A DNA stretch of 64,000 bases from assembly GCF_001194135.2 (NCBI RefSeq), contig NC_068982.1:89834800-89898799 (forward strand). The letters run 5' to 3'. The notes under the pieces are model-generated. The model did not search any database and was not told where the DNA came from. It saw nothing but the letters and a program-made list of their open reading frames with translations. A program made the translations under genes and the position numbers. Shown here piece by piece: positions 27,701 to 40,957 of the stretch (position 1 is the stretch's first letter; every line of letters starts with the position of its first letter). The DNA is from Octopus bimaculoides (taxonomy: Eukaryota).

Positions 27701-27866
27701 NNNNNNNNNNNNNNNNNNNNNNNNNNNNNNNNNNNNNNNNNNNNNNNNNNNNNNNNNNNNNNNNNNNNNNNNNNNNNNNNNNNNNNNNNNNNNNNNNNNN
27801 NNNNNNNNNNNNNNNNNNNNNNNNNNNNNNNNNNNNNNNNNNNNNNNNNNNNNNNNNNNNNNNNNN
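27701..27866. other. Assembly gap (N run)
   Basis: Ns, with (TA)n on the right. Confidence 0.99.
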
Positions 27867-27905
<39 letters not shown>

Positions 27906-28449
27906 GCGTGTGTTGCTGCGAGTAAAGTGACAGAGAGATAGGTGTGTGTGTGTTCGTGTATATGCATATATCCGCATCTCTAAATAATGATATATGATGA
28001 TGACTACATGTATGATTTCATCTATACTTCACATGTACTTAACATGTATTGGCCTTTGTCTTTCAAATCAATTCTTATTGTTAATGTATACATATCAAGG
28101 GAATAGTACTTGTACACATTGTCAATAATTCATCATGTGTTTGAGGGTGTGTATTTGATTAAACACTGATTTATAGCACTATAAAATAAACAAACAGATA
28201 TTGTGTTCTGTTCAATGTTTACTGGCTGAACTAGATTTTACTTAGCGACCTCAAATCTATAGATATAGATAAATCTTAATCTATTTGAAAGTGTGGCTAA
28301 TGTTGTTTAAACCAGTAATCTAAACAATCTACTGTGACACGTGTAATGGGTTATTCTTCTTTTATGTATACAGTTCCGTAATTCTCTTTCTGTGTTTGTG
28401 TGTGTGTGTGTTGAAACGGCCTTAATGCACTAATACCATGGCATCCTTG

Positions 28450-28497
<48 letters not shown>

Positions 28498-28509
28498 TTA
28501 TATATATAC

Positions 28510-28890
28510 GCAATGGCCCAGTTGTTAGGGCAGTGGACTCGAGGTCATAGGATCGCGGTTTCGATTCCCAGACCGGGCATTGTGAGTGTTTATTGAGCTA
28601 AAACACCTAAGGCTCCACGAGGCTCCGGCAGGGGATGGTGGCGAACCCTGCTGTACTCTTTCACCACAACTTTCTCTCACTCTTACTTCCTGTTTCTGTT
28701 GTGCCTGTAATTCAAAGGGTCAGCCTTGTCACACTGTGTCACGCTGAATATCCCCGAGAACTACGTTAAGGGTACACCTGTCTGTGGAGTGCTCAGCCAC
28801 TTGCACGTTAATTTCACGAGCAGGCTGTTCCGTTGATCGGATCAACTGGAACCCTCGACGTCGTAAACGATGGAGTGCCAACAACAACAA
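28510..28890 (+). mobile_element. Full-length tRNA-derived SINE, family C, with (CAA)n tail
   Basis: A-box-like tggcccagttgttagg and B-box-like ggtttcgattccc, a ~300-nt body containing cctgtaattcaaagggtcagccttgtcacactgtgtcacg, and an end of ggagtgccaacaacaacaa. Confidence 0.8.
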
Positions 28891-28989
28891 TATACACACA
28901 CACAAACACATAAATTAATGTTTGTCTTAATTGAGAGGGCTGAAACAATGCGCGGACTCGCGTCTGTGCTTCTACATTAGATGCGACTT

Positions 28990-29115
28990 GTATATCACCT
29001 TTCAACCTCTTGGGGTCGATAAAATAAGTACCAATTTAGTACTGAGGTCGATGGAATCGACTTACTCCCTCCCACGAAATGCCAGGCCCTGTGCCTATTG
29101 TAGAAACGATTATTA
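28990..29115 (+). mobile_element. Family A SINE core and tail, headless
   Basis: cctttcaacctcttggggtcgataaaataagtacc...ggccctgtgcctattgtagaaacgattatt. Confidence 0.75.
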
Positions 29116-30929
29116 AAAAAAAGGTAGAAAGGCTTATGATACGACTTTTCTTTTTCTTGCCCATATCTTAACACCTTGTTTTCTTTTGGCGGAATCATTT
29201 CTGTTGCAAATATATGTGTTTAATTTCTGCTTTGAGAATAACTCCTTCCCTCTCTTCCAGTTTCAACGCCTGTGTAATGAATTAAAGGTATTGATGTTCC
29301 TTCTCGAGTAAAAGATAAAAAGATGCGATGTGGTTTCAATTTTTCTGTTGAATAATTTCAGTGATTTCTCGTAGTAACGTTTGCTTAAAATGTCTTAGAA
29401 TTTTCGGAGGAAAGAAAAAAGAAAAACATAAAGTACGAGTCTCCGCCAATGTGGTTGAGCTTCAATTTTTTCCTCCATTTCTTCTTAACCTTTTTGATGT
29501 CAACCTGTTTAAGAGTACTCCTGGTTGTATGGCATAGACTTTGCGAATAGTTAATTCGTTAAAGAGTTAACAGTTAACAAATCAAAAATAAGGGGAAATA
29601 GAGCTAGTGCATGCGTTTATTTTTGGCATAATACTCTCAAGATATAACAAAAATTAAACCTTTCATCAAAATTTGATACAAATTTATGTTTCAAACTCCA
29701 GCTAAGTAATGTCAGGATTATTTTACAAAATTTTTATTTTAACAAGTATTTGATACAGAGTTAGTGCATTTCAACACAAATACGGTAATGAAAGAGTTAT
29801 GCTACTTTGTGAGGAATCTTGTAGTAGGCAAGTTAGTGATCAATAGAGCACACTTCGTCCAAAGGAATCCGCATAACTACAAACTAGTACCGTACTAAGG
29901 TTAATTTTTATTTACAAGATGCGGCGAGACAACAGGTATTGTCCCTTGTTTCACAGCATAAACATGGCTCGTTCAGTTACTCTGAACTCAAATTCTAGCG
30001 TAAGCGAATCCTAAAGTGATACTTTATTACATCACTTCCCTCTCCGCATTTCTTCATAAATGAAGTTATTTCATGGTTTTATTAAGTAATCGAAGAGAAG
30101 TTCTTTAAAAAAAACTGTATTCAACGTAAATATGATCTTAATAGAACAATAAAATAGACCAGCTATTATGTTGGTGGACGGACGTATAGATTGGTTACAA
30201 CTCTCTTTAATTTACTTCGTTTGTAGATAAAATGTCAATAATTAGATTGAACGGAAACAGATTTTATTAACTACTTCTTTCAAAGAATGTCCTTTAAAGA
30301 ACCGGATCTGAAAGAGAATCTTTCTTAGTCTAATTACTCGGTAAAATGCTAAACGTACCATTGGAGACAATAAAAAACATTCTGACATTATAGTTTAATA
30401 AATGTTCAATACTGGATGAAAATAATGCAATCATCAAGATGATGGCTTGCTATTAAATTGCCAAATTGTGAAGTCTGGGGTGCCATGGAGAGCATTTGAT
30501 TAGAATTGTGTTGCTTAATCCCTTAGCATCCGTTTCACATAAATTGATTTCTTATTTAGACGCAAGGCAATTTCTGTGTCAGAGCAAAGCTGAGAACAAA
30601 TCTTTGTATATTAATCGTATTGAGTTCGTTGGAAGATAGTGCAATCCGAAAGCCAAGCGAAATATATGTGACTTAACTGGCTTCAAATACTGAATTTTTC
30701 AAAACCGTTATAAATTTACTCGTGAAAAAAGTTGAAATGAAACCTTTATTGCCGTCGGTCAAAACAATTGGCTGTCATGAACTAAGTGAAATCGCTTGCA
30801 CCACGTCACGCGGCTCAAGTACAAACACCATTAGGATTGGGGGCCAATGAAGAAATAATATAGACGTACAAATGCACGAACGTGCGCCTGAGATATATAT
30901 ATATATATAATATAATATATATAATATCA

Positions 30930-31085
30930 GGCGTGACTGTGCGGTAAGAAGCTTCCTTCCCAACCGCATGGTCCCGGGTTCAGTCTCACTGCGTGGCACC
31001 TTGGGCAAGTGTCTTCTACTATAGCCCCGAGCCGACCAAAAGACTTGTGAGTAGATTTAGTAGACGGAAACTGAAAGAAGCCCGT

Positions 31086-31100
<15 letters not shown>
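30930..31100 (+). mobile_element. Family B (CORE-like) SINE 5' half running into (TA)n and a gap
   Basis: ggcgtgactgtgcggtaagaagcttccttcccaacc...ggcaccttgggcaagtgtcttc...ctgaaagaagcccgtcg. Confidence 0.9.
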
Positions 31101-31119
<19 letters not shown>

Positions 31120-31515
31120 NNNNNNNNNNNNNNNNNNNNNNNNNNNNNNNNNNNNNNNNNNNNNNNNNNNNNNNNNNNNNNNNNNNNNNNNNNNNNNNNN
31201 NNNNNNNNNNNNNNNNNNNNNNNNNNNNNNNNNNNNNNNNNNNNNNNNNNNNNNNNNNNNNNNNNNNNNNNNNNNNNNNNNNNNNNNNNNNNNNNNNNNN
31301 NNNNNNNNNNNNNNNNNNNNNNNNNNNNNNNNNNNNNNNNNNNNNNNNNNNNNNNNNNNNNNNNNNNNNNNNNNNNNNNNNNNNNNNNNNNNNNNNNNNN
31401 NNNNNNNNNNNNNNNNNNNNNNNNNNNNNNNNNNNNNNNNNNNNNNNNNNNNNNNNNNNNNNNNNNNNNNNNNNNNNNNNNNNNNNNNNNNNNNNNNNNN
31501 NNNNNNNNNNNNNNN
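31120..31515. other. Assembly gap (N run)
   Basis: Ns following (TA)n. Confidence 0.99.
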
Positions 31516-31565
31516 TGGGAGCGTTGTAATTGACTAATCCCCTTTCACGCAAATTTCATTATTGA

Positions 31566-31985
31566 AGGCGGTGAGCTGGCAGAAACGTTAGCACGCCAGG
31601 CGAAATGCTTAGCGGTATTTTGTCTGCCATTACGTTCTGAGTTCAAATTCCGCCGAGGTCGACTTTGCCTTTCATCCTTTCGGAGTCGATAAATTAAGTA
31701 CCAGTTACGCACTGGGACGATGTAATCGACTTAATCCCTTTGTCTGTCCCCTCTATGTTTAGCCCCTTGTGGGCAATAAAGAAATAAGAAACATTAGCAC
31801 GCTGGACTAAATGCTTAGCGGTATTTCGCCCGTCGCTACGTTGTGAGTTCAAATTCCGCCGAGGTCGACTTTGCCTTCCTTCCTTTCGGGATCCATAAAA
31901 TAAGTACCAGTTGAACACTGGGGTCGATGTAATCGACTTATTCCCTCCTCCAAATATTTCTGCCCTTGTGACAAAATTCGAAACC
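31566..31985 (+). mobile_element. Dimeric family A SINE
   Basis: aaggcggtgagctggcagaaacgttagcacg, then the junction gcaataaagaaataagaaacattagcacg, a second core and the tail ccttgtgacaaaattcgaaacc. Confidence 0.9.
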
Positions 31986-32733
31986 ATCATTCTTCTTCTT
32001 CTTTTCTTCTTCTTCTTATCTTCTTCTTATTATTATATACTCGGATCGCATGATCATGTATAAGTGCAATTGTAGCGGCAATAAGGTTATACTTGTATGT
32101 GTGCGCGCGTGCGTTTTACATTACATATTACAATAGATGAGATATATCTATATGTATATAGAAATATATATACACACATATATAAGCATACACATAGATG
32201 CACATTTACATATACATGTACGAGTCTGCACGTCTATGTTTGTGGGTAATTGTTTTCCTTGCTGTATAATAAACTCCTGAGAATTTAGGTGGATTTATTT
32301 CACCGATTAAAGGAGGTAAAAAATATGAGGCGATGGTTTTTATGTCTTTAAGTTATATAGTATAGAGATTTTCGTAGTTGAATTAGTAATGTGCTTAAAA
32401 CAGAAATAAAAAAATTAATATTATATCTTTTAGGTTTTGCTTAATGCTTTTTTTTTGTTTCATTAAATCTTTTCGGAAATTGGAATCATTCGGTTTTTTT
32501 AAAACATTTTTCACGTTCAGTTTGGTTACGTTTTTCTGTTTATGCTTAGAAGAGTCTTGTTCACAAACAAACTGTACAGTACACACACATTCACAATAAC
32601 ACATACATGTACAGATACATACACGCACACACACACACACGCGCGCGCGCGCGCGTATACACATATAGAATGTATAAATGTGATTCAAATATATATTTTT
32701 ATGTATATTATATAAGTTTTTATCTATCTATCG

Positions 32734-32792
<59 letters not shown>

Positions 32793-32954
32793 CACACATA
32801 TATATATATACATACATACATATATATATATATATACTTTATATATATAAACATATGCATGTGTACATATGAGTGTAGATACTTACACGCATATATGATT
32901 ATTATTGTTTACCGTCTTCTTATATCTATATTTTTTATAGATAAATATTGTTCA

Positions 32955-33003
<49 letters not shown>

Positions 33004-33699
33004 GTATGTATGTATGTATATATATATATATATATTTGCTGATCCCTTAATTATGTTTATATATATATATATATATAGATAGATATACATACATACATAT
33101 CTATATATATATAGATATACATACATACATATCTATATATATATATATTTGATCAAAACGGTTGTTGGTTCTGAATTTATTTACTAGTATGTATACTTTG
33201 TGATCTTTCTTGCTATGGAGATCAGTGGGAGTAAAGTTTAACAGTTTCAGCCTCTTTACGCAATTCTCTCTCTCAGTGCATAAAGCCATATATAGAATTT
33301 TAAATACTAGGTGTATATCGTGCACCTTAGCTCACATTGTACACACAGACGTACCACAAAAACACACTCATATATATTAAACTATATTGTGCGATTAAAC
33401 TTTAATTTCATGGCACATAAGCAGTGTTTTGAAGTTGATGAGTATTTATTTTTTTTATTATAAACCGAATTTCCTGTCACTGGACTTCATAGGTAGAAAT
33501 ATCACACAACACATACAGAGAACGAAACAGAACTGTAGAATCAGTTCATATATTATTTAAATATGTATTCTTACACGTACTTCAATGAAGATAATGACTC
33601 CATTATGTAATCCAAGCCAGGAAATTTTTATGGGCATTTTCTTTATCAGAGATTCATATCGAATGATTTGGTGTCAATTATTGACAAAGTGAAGCTCTA

Positions 33700-33900
33700 G
33701 AATTGTTAGCACGCCGGGCGAAATGCTTAGCGGTATTTCATCTGTCAGCACGTTCAGAGCTCTAATTCCGCCGACGTCGACTTTACCTTTCATCCTTTCG
33801 GGGTCCATAAATTAAGTGATAGAGAAACACTGGGTCGCTGTAATCGACTAATCTCCTCCCCCAACTTTTCAGGCCTTGTGCCTACGGTAGAAAAGATTAT
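33700..33900 (+). mobile_element. Family A SINE
   Basis: gttagcacgccgggcgaaatgcttagcgg...ggccttgtgcctacggtagaaaagattatt. Confidence 0.85.
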
Positions 33901-34011
33901 TTTCATTGAAACATGTGTGAGATGTCATAGCTAAATAAGTTAAATTATTTATGAACTGACTCTTTAGTTTTCATTTTTCTTTCTCTGTATATGCATGTTT
34001 TTGTATAATAG

Positions 34012-34055
<44 letters not shown>

Positions 34056-34117
34056 AGGTGTGTGCGTATGTATCCATGGAAGCGTGAAAGTATGGCAGTT
34101 AGGTTAAAATTTTTTTA

Positions 34118-34375
34118 GCGTAGCTATGTGGGTCTTGGTTTGATACCTGCGTGGTATCTTCAGCATGTGCATTTCAGCTCTGCTTCGGGTCGACTCAAGT
34201 CTTATGATTGAAATAATTGGAATATTTTAATGATATGTAGGCACCCTGCCTTCCGAACGGATGTACCTGTAATTCAAAGAAACAACCATGTCACACTGCG
34301 TCACGCATATTCTGCTTGAGTGTTTCGTTAACGTTACCGATGTCTATGGAATTGTCAACTAGCTGCACAATTCAA
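34118..34375 (+). mobile_element. Old chimeric SINE with a family B-like head and family C-like 3' body
   Basis: Head ...ctgcgtggtatcttcagcatgtgc...cttcgggtcgactcaagtcttatga (B-like), then gtacctgtaattcaaagaaacaaccatgtcacactgcgtcacgc (C-like, cf. 28704-28745). Confidence 0.55.
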
Positions 34376-34867
34376 TAAGTAGGATTTTCACTTTATCTAA
34401 CCACTGAATGCATAGCGGCTTTTTTTCACTGTTACGCCCGTCATGCAAGTGCACATATACGGGCGCACACATACATTTAAACTATAGAAATTCACATAAT
34501 ATATGTATACATAATATTTCTTCGATCCACACACACACATACACACACACACACATACACGCACATACACATGCATGCACACATACACGCGCACACGCAC
34601 GCACGCACACACACGCACGCACACGCACGCACACGCACACATGTACGCGCGCATGAACTCGGAGGAAAATCTCTAAAATATCGTCTTCATTAAGTATTTG
34701 GTAGGTAAATCAAGCCATCTCTTTCCGATTTAATGTCGTCGGCCTAATATTGGCGCAAATCCGATCAATAATTAAACAGAAACGGTCCTATTGAGAATCG
34801 AACTTCTGCTACAATTTCGACTTACTAACCAGGAAGTTGTTACAACTTCCCAACGGTCTCTCTATCT

Positions 34868-34920
<53 letters not shown>

Positions 34921-35208
34921 AATGGATATCATGTTGTTTTATCGTTGTGTGTATTCTCTTTCTAGTATCGATTTAGTTGCCGAAGGCTCTTCAAAGGTTT
35001 GGAATGTAATATTCAGTACATTATTCATGAAACGAGAAATCGGCAAGATTTATCTCAATATGTCCTTCGCTCTAGGAAAAAATCATGTTATTATATACAA
35101 TCTGTTACCACTGTTATATCTGTGTAGTATGATCATGATAAAATGAATACAAGCAGTGAGGACGATTGTGCACGCACACAGACACATACATAGATACATA
35201 CATACGTA

Positions 35209-35986
35209 CTAGCTGTTGGACCCGGCGTTGCTCGTGTTGAAGTTAAGCCCACCTCTGACCTTGTATTGAAATCTTCTACGTTTCCCGTGCCAACTATTAC
35301 CCATCAAGATTTTATATCTGGTTCGGCAGGGATTTTACCCGATTAACGCTTTCGACATACTCCTACATACTGGACCATCTGAAATCGCAGTCAAACTTTT
35401 GGGTGTACCTCGACCCGTTGAGAGTGATGTTTGTTTATTTCGCTCCCCTTGATTCCACCTTCTGTATAAAATTGATCAACGCGTCCAATCTCAGGACAAT
35501 CTGAAGAAAAGTGTGAAGATTATGTCATAAAATAAAATCCATGTGACCATTTACATGAAAATATAAAAGTTACGGCCAAAAATAAAATCCCTCTTGGTAT
35601 TCGCACGCAAAATGCCTATTGATTTTATAAAACTACTGCTCAGGCGCAATTATCGACTTTTTGTCAACGCCATGTACTGACATAAACTCACTGGCATGAG
35701 TCTCGCTCACTCATCTATTTTCATCAAAATCGGACAAGAAATGCAAAAGGTGCAGGAAAAATAACATCGTTATGGGAATTTCTATTCAAGCGCCCGATTG
35801 AGCTCACAAAAATCGATGCCAACTGAGCATTATCGAGTTTTCGAAAAATTCCGGCCTTATTTGAACTTCAAGGCATGTGATCTACCTGTGTGCCAAAATC
35901 ATTAAAATCGGTTGGACGGTGTGGGAAGAGTTAGATTAACCCCAAACACACACAGACAGACACCGTTACACATTTATGTTTATAGA
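35209..35986 (-). mobile_element. Non-autonomous Helitron (778 bp)
   Basis: The minus strand begins TCTATAAAC directly after an A (35987) and ends ...cacgagcaacgccggg-tccaacag-CTAG directly before a T (35208). There is an imperfect GC-rich subterminal hairpin and no TSD, and the flanks rejoin as a continuous catac/gtatg microsatellite. Confidence 0.85.
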
Positions 35987-36325
35987 TGTACGTATGTGCA
36001 TACATACGTACACATACATACATACATACATACATACATACATACATACATACGTATGTACATGTACATACATAATATATAAATACATACATGCATACCT
36101 AAGGACATATACTTACACACATACATACATACGTTCGTACACACAGATACATATATATGTATGTACATACATACATGCATAGATACATAAGTACGTACAC
36201 ATACATACATACGTACATGCATACGGACGCACACAGACATCCACACATACATTCATACATATATGAATAGTACGTACACACAAACATAATACAAGCATAT
36301 GTACATACATACATACATACATATT
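35987..36325. repeat. Degenerate (TACA)n microsatellite
   Basis: Directly visible. Confidence 0.9.
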
Positions 36326-36585
36326 TCAATCGTTAGACTGCGGCAATGTCAAGCGGTGGTTGAGGCAAAAGTACAAAGACGCACAATAGCGCGCGCGCGC
36401 ACACACACACACGCACGCACTCGACAAAATTCTTTCAGTTTCCGTCTATCAAATCCACTCACAAGGTTTTAGTCGGCTCGAGGCAACAGCGGAAACACCT
36501 GCTCAAGGAGCCGCGCAGTGAGATTGAACCCAGAACCACCTGTTTGTGGAGCAAACTTCTTACCACACAGCCATGCTTGCGCCTA
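36325..36585 (-). mobile_element. Family B SINE
   Basis: ttctttcagtttccgtctatcaaatccactcacaagg...ttcttaccacacagccatgc. Confidence 0.85.
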
Positions 36586-37916
36586 TATATGAGACTGTCT
36601 ATACTTTAGTTGATTTGTCGGACTAAAACGTTTCAAGGTAGAGCACCGACTAAAACTTTTCAAGGTTGTGCATGGCACCAATTCAATGATTGAAACAAGT
36701 AAAAGATAATTTATATATCTAGATCACGATTTTGCCTTTCACTATTCCACGATCGCTTATATAAGGATTCATTCCGTCTATACACTTGTTCTTTATAAAT
36801 GAATAATTTTATACCAAATTATAAAACGTCATGATTAATACGTACTGAGAAAAAATAGTGATACTATTTTTTTTATATCTGATGTAGAGAAAAGAAGTTG
36901 CAAAAATGGAAGCCGCAATAGCAACAGTGTATTAGATCTATCTTCCAAAATATGTGACTCGTATCAAAGTTAGATGTCCGTATCTATTGGAGTGAATGGT
37001 GCAGAACATGATAATTTCTGTCGGGTCAAATATGTAATTTGGCTGATATTCAGCCATTGTATCTTAGAGCTATGCAGACATAAACTGAAGTAGGTTCATT
37101 ATATTCCTTCAGTCGATCTTCATCTTCTGCGTTTCTTTCTATATTATGTTGCAATCAGTATATTGTCAACCACCATTGTATCTCTATATACAAATATATA
37201 GAAAATTTGCAATTCCATGTTAGAAATGATATTTTGTAATCCAATACTAAACAACGTTTGTATGAATATTTGGGCAAATAATGCTCCTGAAAACACAGGA
37301 AGACGAGTCCTGGAGAAACGTAGTTTCCATCCCTGGTTGAAGTCATTTCACTTTGTATTCGCTGATAGTCTCTTATCGGAACATTATTTACATTTGACGG
37401 ACATTTGTACTCATCTTGTTTGTTGTTAACACAAATATTTGTCAAATGTAAATAATATAAATAATGTACATAATTCCTCATCTCTTAAATGTAGAACTGT
37501 ATTCTCTTCTGAGAAGTTTTAAAATTTTTTGCCAATCTTTCTTTCTCCTCATAAATACGAGAATATTAATATACATGAAACTAAAAGTATCTTTCGGCAA
37601 GAAATGAAATACAAATGAGAGGACAAATTTCGTAATGGCAAGTACTTTAATTTCCACAGATACACAATTAGACGGGCTAATAATGAAAAAGTCAATTAAA
37701 AAGTACATTATGTAACGCAATCTCTCTCCCCCGCTCCCTCCTTTCTCTCTGACTTATTAATACATGCCCAGGGATGTATAAACATTTAAGAATAAAATAT
37801 TGTGAGATGCTTTTACTTTTGAAGACTTCTGCATATAGTAAAGCAAAACTGGTTTTACAGATTTCATTCTTATACAGCGTGGATCACGTATACAAGTGCT
37901 TATTCCGTATATTCTA

Positions 37917-37951
<35 letters not shown>

Positions 37952-39254
37952 TACGGTTATTAAGTCATAACATGAGCTCCAAAAAAGTATTTACTGATGA
38001 AATGGCTCGTTACTGGTAATTAACATAATTAATCGTCACTGTAATTCGTGTTCTATGCATTGCTCAATCATACACAAGCACACACGGGTGGAAGAATTTC
38101 AACTCGAAACTGCATGTTAACCAAGTGTGTGAGATTGCACTGAGCTCCATCAACTTACACATTTGAGGGAGGTCAGTGCCATACATCTCCACATTACATA
38201 TTTACATCAAAATGTACTGAACCAGTACGAATGAAGTGGTGAGGCATGTCTCCCTCTGTGTTGCTGACAGGATTCGGTATCCTATTAAATCAACCAGCAA
38301 CGAACGACTCTTGACAAAGTACAAAAATAGTAAGAAAATGAAGAAATGAAACTAATTCCTTCTGAAAGGAATGTCTGTTAAACTGCTTAAATGTAATTTA
38401 TCTGGGTAGGATTAAGACGATGATAGACCAAGCAGAAATACACATAAAAGAAACAGCGAAATTAACAATGAAATCAAATTTTAAGTAAAAGGATTAGAAA
38501 TATAGGTGACATTGCAAATAAGAGAGAGGAAGTGTAAGTAAAAATAATAATAAAAAAAGATCGGATTGTCAGTGTATATAGAAAATTGAAAAACAAAATG
38601 TAGAGAAACGACCAACTTTCAAATAGGCTTACTGCTGTGAAAGCTGAAAGATGTGACGTATTCAGGATTGTGAGAAGATTCTAAAAATAAACTGAGAGAT
38701 ACTATGTACGGAGAGGAAGAAATAGAGGTAGAGAGACGGAGAATTATTTCGTTTTAATGATATTGGGAAATTAACAATTAGCACTTAAGGAGAGTGCTAT
38801 GAGAAACGTTCTTATGAGACATTTCTGAAAGAGAAATCTGATTGGGATGAAAGGGAGTTAACTTTAAATTAATAATGGTATTTACTGTGAATTGCTATTC
38901 CCTAGTTAATTAGCACACGCTTAACTCAAACAAATTAACCTCAAGTTTTTGAACAGCTAACGATCATGTGATAAATAGTTAATAATGTAAGGGTCAGCTT
39001 TCAAAACGTGTTCTTCACCTCCACAATGTTCGTGTTTCAATATTTCTCTTGGGTATTTTATAATTACACACCTTGGTAGATCAATCTGAGTATTTCTCTA
39101 GCATCCACGAACCTTGGTGTTGTCTATTATATATACATAATTCTTGTTAGAAAACATCATTTTGCAGTGATTCATTACAATTTCAGTTTTCAATATTAGT
39201 TTTGGTGTTGAGATCCAAACGAGATATTTTTCAACTTTATGGTATTAGCGCAGG

Positions 39255-39690
39255 CACAACTTCGTAGTTATGAAGCTCGTTTTACAACCACATGCAGTTT
39301 CAGGTTCAATCTTATTGTTGGACAAATTGGGAAAGTGTTTTCTACTATAGCTCTACGCCGGCCAATGGCATGTGAGGGAATTTGGTTGACTGAAACTGTG
39401 TGGAAGCCCGTATATACATACATACATAAATACATACGTGTGTGTGTATGTGCGTATCCTTGTGTGCGTGTATGCGTGTCCTTGTGTGTATGCGTGTTTA
39501 TTCCCCTCTCACCACTTGGCAAACGATGTTGTTTCGTTTATGTCCCAGTAACTTAGCGGTTCTGCAAAAGCAACCGATATAATAAGTACTTGATTTATAT
39601 TCTCTGGGATCGATTTGTTCGACTAAACCCATCAAGACGGTGCCCCAGCATGGCCGCAGTCCAATAACTAAAACAAGTAAAAAAAGATAA
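39255..39690 (+). mobile_element. Family B SINE with internal microsatellite and 3' domain
   Basis: Head and CORE-like segment, a (TG)-rich middle, then gtaacttagcggttctgcaaaag...gatttgttcgactaaacc...ccagcatggccgcagtcc...aaacaagtaaaaaa. Confidence 0.85.
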
Positions 39691-40957
39691 AAATATATAT
39701 CCGAAAGAAGGCGTTGTGGACAGGCAGAATTGGTTGCACGTGGCACAAAATGCCTTGAATTGTTCAGCTGCGTCCATTTGCGTTATGAGTTAACCAACCC
39801 CACATCCTGGGGTCGACTTTTCCTTTTATTATTTCGTATATCAATAAAAATATGAATGAATCAAATAATAGAATGGATACCGTCGACTATTTTCTCTCTC
39901 TCTCCACACGCACACACACACATACACACATGATGGACTGTGAATATGTTTATTTTGAGAATAAGAAAACCATACGAGGAACCTTTCTAATATGATTTAA
40001 ATAATATGGTCGAGCAGAAATTACCCGGACACCTACGATTCTGATAAATTTCTAATAATAGACAATTGAAACGGTTGCTTCACGGCCATCAACCATGTGA
40101 AAATGACTGAGAGATTGGATTGTCAAAAGATACAAAGACTTCTTGAAAGACTACGGCTCAAAATGCTTGCAGTAGACAACTTAGTTATAAGGAGTATTTT
40201 GCTTAGTGAAGTGGAACGAAATTATATGCTAGCATCTACGAAACTATCATTCGATATGTGTGTTTTGTGTGAGCGACTTTAAACGTTATCATAAGAAGCA
40301 AGCTGTGCTTATCACCTACGTAATTACGTAACTTGGAAATCAATGAAGAAGACAATATGTGGAAATATCTTCTGAATAAGCTTTGACCTGGACATCCATT
40401 TACAGATCATAAAGGTGTTGAATAGCTATTGTTGAGTTAATTTGTTTCTCACAACTTCACTTTTAAATATAAAATGCGAGAGAGCATCTAACACAAGGTT
40501 TTAGTGAAACCTTGTAATGTCCAATAATATATCGTAGCATGGAAAGCAGAATTGATTATTGCGATGAAAAAACAAAAACAAAACAATAACAATAATGATA
40601 AAAAAACTTTAACTTTTCCGCTTTTGTAACTTTTCTACAGTGCTACACATATTCAATGTCAATTACATCCACTTAAATTGTGCAGTAACACAGAGTTATT
40701 ATAGCTCTCTTATATAGTCTGCACCTAGCATTAATAGCTACGAAGCTTTTAGTAATAATCAATGCTATGTTATATAGACTGCTACAAGATACAGAAAATA
40801 GGGATACCATAGATTTCTTATATAGTTTCTACCTAACATTAATAGCTACTTTCTACTATGAAGCTTTTAGTCATAATAACTAATACAGCAAGGAGAATTA
40901 TCAAAAATATCGAACACAATCAAACATGTCACACGTCCCATGATATTCCTTTTATGG

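Noticed and set aside
28510-28580. tRNA gene (also other SINE heads)
   Set aside because: A/B-box-like motifs are present, but they continue into SINE bodies repeated across the window and I could not draw a full cloverleaf.
38280-38335. Possible + strand micro-exon (gctgacag|gattcgg...aata|gtaaga)
   Set aside because: Weak polypyrimidine tract and an unrecognised peptide, as expected by chance.
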